A stretch of DNA of 64,000 nt from Acidobacteriota bacterium (GTDB lineage: Bacteria > Acidobacteriota > UBA6911 > RPQK01 > JAJDTT01): positions 3,168,001-3,232,000 of the forward strand of contig CBDCJH010000002.1 in assembly GCA_965217775.1 (NCBI GenBank). Reading direction: 5' to 3'. The notes beneath the pieces were generated by a model, which did no database searches, had not been told where the DNA came from, and saw nothing but the letters and a program-made list of their open reading frames with translations. Positions within the stretch are counted from its first letter, which is position 1. Every line of letters begins with the position of its first letter. The position numbers and the translations under genes were made by a program. This document shows, piece after piece, positions 49,114 to 57,317 of this stretch.

Positions 49114-50949
49114 TCAACGCAAGGACAAAGCGTACCCCAAGGCGCGGGCCACTCGCCGAAACGCCGCTTCGGATCCTGCATGAACGACGAGGTGGCGGAG
49201 GCCGGCGCGCAGGCAGAGCTTGGCCGCCCGCCGGTCGGCAACGATCCGGTCGGCGACTTTCCGGTCCCGGCATTCAATCAACCAGGCCCTGCCCTTGGGC
49301 GTCAGAGCGCTCGCACCGCGCTCGACGCTGCGGAGGAATCCTTCGACCCTTTCCGGCAACGGCTGATCGTCGCGCACGGCGAGAAATCGCCTCAGTCTCG
49401 CCACGTCCTGACCGCTCTCGGCGGCCGTAAGTGCGCGTAAGAGATCCAGGCGCCAGACACCGTCGGACTCAGCCTGGGCATAGGCCTCCAGCATCAGACG
49501 TTCTTGAGGCGTCAGCGGCGCCGCCGAATGAACGCGAAGATCGGTCTGGAGAGTCAGGGCGGTGCGAATCGTAGGCGTGGTCGGCTCGTAGGCCTTGGTC
49601 TGGCCGAGGCAGTAGGCGCCGAGCGGATTGAGTCGAACATACTCCAGGCCGTCGTAGCGGCTCAAGAAATCAAGCTCATCGGCGCCCCACAGGTGCGTGT
49701 AGTCCAACCGCGCGCCCCGCGGGTCGGTGAAAGCGACGTCCACCATCCCCAGCGTGGCCGCGTACTCGAACAACAGACACCGGGCATAGCGACCCTCGAC
49801 GAAGTTCCAGAGCAGACCTGCGGCATGGCCGAGGCTCCCGTACTCCGGGTCGACGAGGTAGAGACTCCGAGGATCCCGGGTGACGCCGAAACCAAGACCC
49901 GTCGCGTGCATGAAGCGAAAGAGACCGTCCACCTGGACCCAGCCGCCCACGGGGCATTTCGCGAGCGCCTCGGCGATCACGGGTCGGCGCTTTCGCGGCG
50001 ACGTCATCAGCCGCCTGCCCCGTCCTCGAAACTGGCCCTTGATGCCGTCCACGCGGCTGAACTCGTCCAACAAGGTGCTCTTCAACCATCGCTCCCAGAG
50101 GCGTCGCAACGTCTTTTCGGGCGGAGCTGCGAATGTCGCGCGTCCGGCCTTGGTCAAAGTCAGCTTGGAGCCCCGCAATTCGGCGAGTTGGGCGGCTTGC
50201 ACCATCCAGGGCCAAGCGAATGCCCGGACGGGGCCGATCATCTGACCCTGTCGTTTCTTCGCGGTCGGGTCGAAGAAGTCGCCGCCGTGCAGCACCTCCG
50301 CGATGCGTCGGACGGAAACCGCCGTAGGCCTCCGCGTTTTCACGCTGACGGCGATCTTGCCCCCGTCGATCAGATGCAGCACGGCGAACAGGTCGGGCAC
50401 CGCAACCGGCTCCATGCGGCGTCGGATCACGGGCACCCGATCGAACTCCGGTTTCTCGGAACCGTGGGTGCGGCGACGCCGATCTAGGAAGTCCGGAACC
50501 TCATCCAGAGAATCGATGGCCGGTTCCGGCGGCCGGGGGACGAACTTCACCAGTTGGGGCTTGAGTTCCTTGGGGATGACGATCGGAAGATCCCGGTAAC
50601 TGAACGGCGGATAGAGAAAAAAATGCAGCAGCGAAAATTCGCGGTCATAGTACTGATTGATGCCCTCCGGCAGCGCACCGTATACAGCGTAAAAATGTTG
50701 GAGATGGAATCGATGCTCCGGGCTGTAGAGCGTTTCCGACACCGCGAGCTGCTGGGTTTCATCCAGATACCGCCATATCGTTCGTAACACATCTTCAGTC
50801 AGTCGGAGTCGGACGGCCGCTATGATGGCCGGCTTTCGGGTCGGCCGCGGCTCGGGGATGGACAGCACCTCCATCATCGGCTGGAGGTTCGCGATCGTCA
50901 TGTTGCCCAGAGCCTTTTCCAGGGTGGCCGGCCTCGGGTCGACACTCAT
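49114..50949 (-). CDS. Helicase-associated domain protein, paralog 2 (tandem duplicate)
   Basis: Colinear with 47200..49047; upstream sequence TCAGGGTCTCCG..TCGATGG also duplicated. Confidence 0.65.
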   Translation of the reverse strand: MSVDPRPATLEKALGNMTIANLQPMMEVLSIPEPRPTRKPAIIAAVRLRLTEDVLRTIWRYLDETQQLAVSETLYSPEHRFHLQHFYAVYGALPEGINQYYDREFSLLHFFLYPPFSYRDLPIVIPKELKPQLVKFVPRPPEPAIDSLDEVPDFLDRRRRTHGSEKPEFDRVPVIRRRMEPVAVPDLFAVLHLIDGGKIAVSVKTRRPTAVSVRRIAEVLHGGDFFDPTAKKRQGQMIGPVRAFAWPWMVQAAQLAELRGSKLTLTKAGRATFAAPPEKTLRRLWERWLKSTLLDEFSRVDGIKGQFRGRGRRLMTSPRKRRPVIAEALAKCPVGGWVQVDGLFRFMHATGLGFGVTRDPRSLYLVDPEYGSLGHAAGLLWNFVEGRYARCLLFEYAATLGMVDVAFTDPRGARLDYTHLWGADELDFLSRYDGLEYVRLNPLGAYCLGQTKAYEPTTPTIRTALTLQTDLRVHSAAPLTPQERLMLEAYAQAESDGVWRLDLLRALTAAESGQDVARLRRFLAVRDDQPLPERVEGFLRSVERGASALTPKGRAWLIECRDRKVADRIVADRRAAKLCLRAGLRHLVVHAGSEAAFRRVARALGYALSLR

Positions 50950-51321
50950 GGGTCAGGGTCTCCGCATTCGATGGTTTCCATAGGTCGGCCCACAGTGGGC
51001 TCGGAACGCAGACTCACGGAAATCCCTCAAATGATAGACGACGATACCTGGAATCCAAGGGGCGCTAAATCGATGGCGCCTCCGGATCACCCGGGACGGA
51101 CGGAACACCCCTTCAGGATGAAGAGTCGTCCGGTCCGGACATGTCGGATCGTGGCTGGATCGAGCATCGGAAGCGAATCCAACCCGCCACGTGCTGCGCC
51201 GGCCGAACTGAGCGGCCGGGAGAGATTCATCCTGGCGCTCTGCAGATCCCAAACCTTCCCTACGCCTTAACCCCAGCGCTACCTTGATACATAATTATGG
51301 TGATATTAAGATGTCGCTATA

Positions 51322-51582
51322 ATGATGGTTCGTACTCAGATTTCCCTCAGCGCGGAAGTTCACTCCCGAGTTCGTGCACGGGCAGCCGACCTTGGCATTT
51401 CACTCGCTGAATACATGCGCCGGCTGGTGAACCAGGACTTGTCCCAGCCCTCCAGGAACACCGATCATTCTCTGGTATTCGATCTCGGCTCTTCCGAGGG
51501 GACGGATATCGCATCCGAAAAGTCCCGCATGATTGCGGAAGCGATCGGCGCCCGCAAGCGCCGAGGGTCCGACTCGTCATGA
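51322..51582 (+). CDS. RHH-type antitoxin (VapB-like)
   Basis: MVRTQISL..RARAADLGISLAEYMRRLV; ATGA overlap with the PIN gene. Confidence 0.8.
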   Translation: MMVRTQISLSAEVHSRVRARAADLGISLAEYMRRLVNQDLSQPSRNTDHSLVFDLGSSEGTDIASEKSRMIAEAIGARKRRGSDSS

Positions 51583-51992
51583 GTTTCTTCGTGGACACCT
51601 CGGCCTGGTATGCCGCCGCCGATCGGAGCGACCGATACAATGGCCGTGCGAAGCGACTGCTGTCGACGGATGAATCGCTCGTCACGAGTGACCACGTGCT
51701 GGCCGAAACTTGGCGACTTATCCACCACTACATCTCCGCTGATGCAGCGGAAACCTTCTGGGGGGCTCTGCGTGGTGGCGTCTCAACTGTTGAACAGACC
51801 ACCAATGCTGATCTCGAAGCCGCATGGGCGATCGGAGAACGCTTCCCGGATCAGGACTTCTCTCTCGTCGATCGCACTTCCTTCGCGCTCATGGAGCGAC
51901 TCGGCATCTCGCGTGTGATCACCTTCGATAGCGATTTCGCAATCTATCGTTACGGGCGTGGCCGCAGGTTCGCGTTTGAAGTGCTCAGATAG
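51579..51992 (+). CDS. vapC: PIN domain toxin (VapC)
   Basis: FVDTSAWYA, VLAET, FSLVDRTSFALM, TFDSDF acidic tetrad. Confidence 0.9.
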   Translation: MSFFVDTSAWYAAADRSDRYNGRAKRLLSTDESLVTSDHVLAETWRLIHHYISADAAETFWGALRGGVSTVEQTTNADLEAAWAIGERFPDQDFSLVDRTSFALMERLGISRVITFDSDFAIYRYGRGRRFAFEVLR

Positions 51993-52299
51993 ACAGGAGC
52001 TTCGGTGACTCCGGGCACAGGTCGAATTCCCCCAAAGGATGAACTCCCGTTCCCGGCGTCAGACCCGTGATGCCCCGGTTCGTCCGGGATTCGCGCGCGA
52101 TAGTCCCGGCCAAGACCCAACCCGGCATAGCCGGGACCAAAAATTCTTCGCCGGAGTGGCCGCTGTCAGCTACCAACTCTTCATCTGACCGGGTTTTGCT
52201 CCAATTTGCACCGAAGAGGGCGCCCACAAGGTGTTTGGTATCAAGACATCCTTTACAAGTTGTATCAGGACATCCTTTACAGCTGGTCCATGGCCGTTG

Positions 52300-53830
52300 T
52301 GTCAATGACCATCGAAAATTGCACACTTCGGGCCATCGAGAACTGCATACATCGCAGGAGCCCCGCCTTCTCGGTCCGGAGTCCTCTGGGCGAACCGCTC
52401 GCGCGGTCGTCGGATGGATCGTCCTGGAGCGTTCCGCGGGGCGGCGTCGCCGGTCGCTGTGGCCGCAGGACAAGTCTCGGTCCAGAAGGGCCGCCACCAC
52501 CCCCCAGGATCTGGTCCCAGGGCGCAAGACCCGGGTTCCAGGTCAGCTCCGTCGAGGTCGGCTCGTCACGCCGGTTCCCCCGTTGGACCAACCGAACCGC
52601 GCCGCTCGGGCGGACCGGTAGGTTGAAGGGATCGCGTTTGGGTGGACGGTTGGGTCATCTGGTTCAAGTGGGTCTCGGTGGTCATTCCGCTTCGGTCAGG
52701 GGGAGGCAGGGCGGCTGCCGGTTGCAGCCAAGGGCGGGATCACGTCCATGCAAAACAGAGCCGGCGGGGGTCTGCAACAGCGAGCCTGGGGCGCCGGGTG
52801 CACCCGGCGCCCCAGGCTCGCTCCGAATCGCACCGACGGCCGGCGTGACGGTTCCGGACGCTGGGGACAGGCCGGAATCCCGGCCCTGTCAATCGGCCGC
52901 AAAAATGGCATCCATCGCGGGAGACCCCGTAGCCGGCCGGGGTCCCGTCATGCCCCCCTCCTTCCCGCTCCCGCAGCCCTGGGCGGACCGTGTCCATGGC
53001 CATTGAGAAGGGACGGCCTTCAGGACACGGTTGCTCCGACGGCGAGAGCTTCACCCCATCTTCGGAGGGCGCCCGGATGGCGCCCCCTTGGAGAGCTCGG
53101 CGGCACGGCGCCGCCGGTCGCTGTGGCCGCAGGGCCGAACCCGGTTCACCAGCACCGCCATCACCTGCTCTCCCAGGATCTGGCCCCAGGGCTCAAGAGC
53201 CGGGTTCCAGGTCAACTCCGTCGAGGTCGGCTCGTCACGCCGGTTCCCCCGTTGGACCAACCGAACCGCGCCGCTCGGGCGGACCCTAAGGGTGCCGATC
53301 TCCTCCCCCTCCAGGGGTGCCGGACGGATCCGGGTCTTGGACGTTGGCCCCGCGGAGGGCTCGAGACGTTGGGCCCACCCCGGGCGGACCCCGCAAGACG
53401 AGGTTCTCCCTTCGCTCCACGAAGCCCAGCTCGTCGAGCGAGTCGATCGGCTCCCGCTGAATCGATCGCTGGAGGCTGAAGTCGAAGTCCGGGGACGGCG
53501 TTTCGCGTCCACCCTCCTCGGCCGCTTCGTCGCCGGTGACGGGAACGCCCTCGGCTCCGGCAGTGAAACGAACCTGAGTCCGGCCAAGATGCCCCAGCAG
53601 TTCGCCATTCCCGCTCCCGTTCGAACCGGCCCCCCGGCCGCTCCGCCACGCCGAGCTCTCCAGGGCGATCCATCCGACCGCCGCCCGAGCGGTCGGCGCA
53701 CAGGAATCCGGAGCCGAAAGGAGGGAGGCATGAAGGGACCAGATCCGGCCGCTGGAGACCCCGTGGCGGTCGCGGCCGCGACCGCCACGGGGTCTCCAGC
53801 GATGTGTGCAATGTTCAGTGGCCATTGACA
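52300..53830. mobile_element. Degenerate IS21-family element
   Basis: Inverted ends TGTCAATGACCATCGAAAATTGCACAC / TGTCAATGGCCACTGAACATTGCACAC; internal IstB fragment and rearranged repeats. Confidence 0.7.
53340..53500 (-). pseudogene. istB: IS21 helper ATPase IstB fragment
   Basis: DFDFSLQRSIQREPIDSLDELGFVERRENLVLRGPPGVGPT, Walker A lysine lost. Confidence 0.75.
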
Positions 53831-54210
53831 TTCAGGTCCCCCATCACCTCCATGAGCACCGACGGCTGGCCCCACGGCAACCGGAAATCCGCTGCGGCCA
53901 CACCGGGCGGGTGACCCCCAGGCGGCTTGATCCAGTGACCGACCGGCCGGCGGCGGACTCCCCACGGCCATGCGATCGCGGCCTGGCGCCTCCCCCGTCC
54001 CCGATCGTCTCGCACCAGCCCCCTCTCGTCGCTCCCCAACCGGGCGTCTCCTGCGGGTCCTCCAGACGCTCCGCAGCCCCATCCCGGCCCCTCGGCGAAT
54101 CTCTCGAACCCCTCCTTGTGGCTCCCCCCCCGAACGGCCTCGCCAGGAACCGGAAGGGGACCGTTCTCGACGGCCACTTCGGTGCCCTCCTCCCGCGCCG
54201 CCCACACCCT

Positions 54211-55368
54211 TCAGTCCTGCCCCACCCGCCAGACCAGAGCTCGCGTCTGCCGGGTCTGCAAGTGGACTTCACGGATGTACAGGTGCCGGTAGCGGACCAG
54301 CAGCTTGTCTTCCAACTCTTCCACGCCCACCCACTCCTCCGCCAAGGACTCACACACAAAGTAACGGTCCCCGCCCGCGCTCAAACACCCCCGGCGATTG
54401 AGCCGTTTCACCTGCAGCCCCCGGGGATACTCCCAGGGAGCCGGGTCCCGATCGTAGCCACGCGTACTGCGACGGTAGTGTTGGGCCGGGACCTCCATCC
54501 GCAGCGACTCATGGGGTCGAACCTGATTGTATTCCTGGCGAAAGTCCTGCAGAAATCGCTCCCACTCCTGCCACCGTTGCGGTCGCCCCCGGTGCGCCAC
54601 CGAGTCGCTCAAAGTGCGATGAAATCGTTCCACCTTCCCCTGCGTCTGCGGGTGCCGGACTCGCCCGTAGATCAGGTCGATCCCTTGCTTGATCAATTCC
54701 ACGCTCAATCGCGTCAGCCCCCATCCATTGCTGGTACTCCACCAAGGGGCCCCATGGTCCATCAGCATGGCCTCCGGCACTCCGTAGCCCTCAAAGGTCC
54801 TTCGTAGACAGGTTTGCACCGGATCCATTTGCGTGGTCGGCAAACCATACAACCCCACCGAATACCGCGAGCAGTCGTCCAGGATCGAGAGCGGATGACA
54901 CGGCCCTTCGGGGCCCTGAAACGGCCCCTTGAAGTCCATTTGCCACAACTCGTTGGGCTGGGATCGTTCGAATCGTTGCGGTGCCGGCCGTTGCGCCTGG
55001 TATTCCCCCAACTCGCCCTGCCGCCGCAGAATCCGATTCACCGTCGGGACACTCAAGGACACGCCTTCGCGCTCCAGCAGCACCTGCAGCTTCTTGCCTC
55101 CCCACCCGTATTGCCGCCGCAGTTCCACCACCCGAGCTTCCACCGCCGCCGCCGTTCTCGCCGGACTGTGCCGGGGCCGCCGGGAGCGCTCCTCCAGTCC
55201 GGTCACGCTGTGGGCTTCCCGATACCTCTTCAGCCACTTGTAACCTGTCGGCCGACTGATCTGAAACTCCCGACACAGGGCGCTCATGTTGGCCCCAGGC
55301 TGCACGGCCCGAAGTACGAAACGGATCTTCTGATCCATCACATTCGTCACTTTCCAGGGCATCTTCAC
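54211..55368 (-). CDS. IS481-family transposase
   Basis: MPWK..MSALCREFQISRPTGYKWLKRY, RFERSQPNELWQMDFKG, LDDCSRY, DHGAPW, HPQTQGKVERFHRTL, YNQVRPHESL. Confidence 0.95.
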   Translation of the reverse strand: MKMPWKVTNVMDQKIRFVLRAVQPGANMSALCREFQISRPTGYKWLKRYREAHSVTGLEERSRRPRHSPARTAAAVEARVVELRRQYGWGGKKLQVLLEREGVSLSVPTVNRILRRQGELGEYQAQRPAPQRFERSQPNELWQMDFKGPFQGPEGPCHPLSILDDCSRYSVGLYGLPTTQMDPVQTCLRRTFEGYGVPEAMLMDHGAPWWSTSNGWGLTRLSVELIKQGIDLIYGRVRHPQTQGKVERFHRTLSDSVAHRGRPQRWQEWERFLQDFRQEYNQVRPHESLRMEVPAQHYRRSTRGYDRDPAPWEYPRGLQVKRLNRRGCLSAGGDRYFVCESLAEEWVGVEELEDKLLVRYRHLYIREVHLQTRQTRALVWRVGQD

Positions 55369-55453
55369 CTCCTACCCAAAGAAGGCTACTTCTCACCCTG
55401 ATGTGTAAAGGATGTCCTGATACAAACTGTAAACGATGTCCTGATACCGTACA

Positions 55454-55515
55454 CCTTGTGGTCGCCCTCGACCGGGTTGGCAACCGAGGTTCGGACAAAA
55501 GAGGGCACCCACAAG
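55454..55515. repeat. Pair of convergent GTAG-family REP half-hairpins
   Basis: CCTTGTGGTCGCCCTC (55454) and GAGGGCACCCACAAG (55501); a related half GAGGGCGCCCACAAGG at 52216..52231. Confidence 0.75.
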
Positions 55516-56157
55516 GTCGCGGTAGGGACGCCGGTTGCCCAGCGCCCCCCGCGCAGATCCGTGCGTGCCCGCTAAGGCACACGGCTCCTACCTCAGGTAA
55601 TGACGGCAGGTCGCGACGCCCGCCGTATCCGACCCCCGCCTGTGTCACGGCAGCCCGGCTCTGAGTCCGGTCCGTACTTTGGTGAGCCGAATTCCCCTTG
55701 GTTCCACCCCTTCGCTCCACCGACTCCGCAGAGAGTTTCCCCTCCTTGTTCGCCCGCTTCATCACTACTATGGATGAATCCGATTGCTTCCTCTCTCCCC
55801 TCATGGGTTACGGCTTTCTCCTTTCCCACAAGGCCCCGGATTTCGCCGGGGGAGAGCAAGCCCTCCCAGGTCCCGACACAAGACGTACGTGCGTGCTTGG
55901 GTTCCTCGACACCGCGGTGCCCGACTGTCCCTCACCTTCCCGGTCCAGCCGGTGTTGCCTTCGACCGCACCCACGGCCTCGGCACTTCCGGTCACGTAGG
56001 TTTCGATGCTCCATAGCCCCGCCCACACGCGCCGCTGCCGACGCTTCGCCGATACCCTCACGAGTGCCGACGCACGGCTTGCGGAGAAACGTGGATGGTT
56101 AGTCCTTCGTTTCAGCGGACTTTCACCACTTGTCTTGTGCCAGTTAGCCTGGCGCTC
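55516..56157 (-). mobile_element. ORF-less (RT-deleted) group II intron, 642 bp
   Basis: 5' GAGCGCCAGGC (GUGYG-like); domain V GAGCCGTGTGCCTTAGCGGGCACGCACGGATC with CGT catalytic triad; domain VI GGGGGCGC..CGTCCCTACCGCGAC ending AC; only IEP N- and C-terminal stubs remain. Confidence 0.9.
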
Positions 56158-56249
56158 GGGTGCCCCTACGTCGCGATCCTCGTTCAAACCTGCTTTCCCT
56201 GTTCTCCCGGACCCCCAGAAAAATGGGGAAGGTCCTGCCCTCCCGACTC

Positions 56250-56278
56250 TTGACAACATTGGGGCGAATTCCTAAGAT
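56250..56278 (+). promoter_or_regulatory. Sigma70 promoter of tRNA-Gly
   Basis: TTGACA (56250) - 17 bp - TAAGAT (56273), 15 bp upstream of the tRNA. Confidence 0.8.
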
Positions 56279-56293
56279 TCAAGCACATTTGGT

Positions 56294-56368
<75 letters not shown>

Positions 56369-56624
56369 TTTACCCCCAAGAAACGGAACCCATCTTCCAG
56401 ACCCAACATGAGGTCTGGAGAGGTTCGCGTTCCCGCGCATTATCCGTACCCGTCTCGTTTGGAATCTCCTCTCGGTCAAGGCGGCTCGGGGTGACTGCTG
56501 GCACCCTCCGTAACCTACCATCCTAGCGGTCCGGTCCGAGCCGACATCAGTGAGCCGGTTTAGTCAGGGAATTCACATTCGATTGTAGCCGCCGGTCATC
56601 AACGAATCCGCAGGGAGGAGGACT

Positions 56625-57188
56625 ATGAGGAATCTCTTTCGAAGCGACGGGAGTATCTTCAGAAAATGGACAGCGACTGGACTCATTCCCTCGCTCCTGC
56701 TGGCGTGTCTTCCGGGCTGCGCCATGCGGGACCTTACCGATTGGTCCAGAGTGCAATCCGCTGCATCCGGAATTGAGACCGAGGTACACCTGCACGAGAA
56801 TGACATTCTCCTGAGCCACACGGCCAAGGGAACCCTCGAGTCAGCAACGTCTGAATCCGTGACGCTGGAGTTCAAGGACCGGCAAGCGGAAACCTTTCAA
56901 AAGAAATATGTGCACAAGGTACGAACTTGGCGTCATCCGGACAAACGATGGACAGCATGGATCGCTCTCGGCGTTTCTGCCCTACTCGTGGCACAGCTGG
57001 GAAACTTGGACGGCCCCGAATCGAATCGCATCTATATTCAGCTGTTCACGACACTTCCGATCGCAGCCGGATTCTTTTATGGGTCGAGGATGGGAACGAT
57101 TTTCGATGTTCCCCCAGCGGAAAGAGATTCCTCTGGAGGGTCGGAGGCGCCGACAGCCGAGGCGATGACCAACAAGAATTCAAGATAG
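56625..57188 (+). CDS. Hypothetical membrane lipoprotein
   Basis: GGAGGA RBS; lipobox-like LPGC; two C-terminal hydrophobic segments; lower GC. Confidence 0.6.
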   Translation: MRNLFRSDGSIFRKWTATGLIPSLLLACLPGCAMRDLTDWSRVQSAASGIETEVHLHENDILLSHTAKGTLESATSESVTLEFKDRQAETFQKKYVHKVRTWRHPDKRWTAWIALGVSALLVAQLGNLDGPESNRIYIQLFTTLPIAAGFFYGSRMGTIFDVPPAERDSSGGSEAPTAEAMTNKNSR

Positions 57189-57317
57189 CTCCGAAACGTT
57201 GAGTCGGGAGCAATCCGGCTGAACGCGTGACAGCACATCGGAGCGCGTTTTTGGTAAACTCTCCCCGTCCCGAACCCTCTCGAAATACTGTTAACCTCAA
57301 TCATATCAGTGGATTGA

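Larger units (their letters stand above)
52232..55453 (-). mobile_element. IS481-family element with nested IS21 remnant
   Basis: Inverted ends TGTTTGGTATCAAGACATCCTTTACA (52232) and revcomp TGTACGGTATCAGGACATCGTTTACA (55453), each followed by a second GTATCAGGACATCCTTTACA copy. Confidence 0.85.

Noticed and set aside
52067-54205. Pro/Arg/Gly-rich ORFs in the IS remnant region
   Set aside because: Low-complexity translations of repeats and palindromes; only the istB fragment is recognisable
54791-55804. 337-aa ORF as a group II intron reverse transcriptase
   Set aside because: Only the first ~55 residues resemble an IEP N-terminus; no RT motifs (no YADD); the rest is read-through into the IS481
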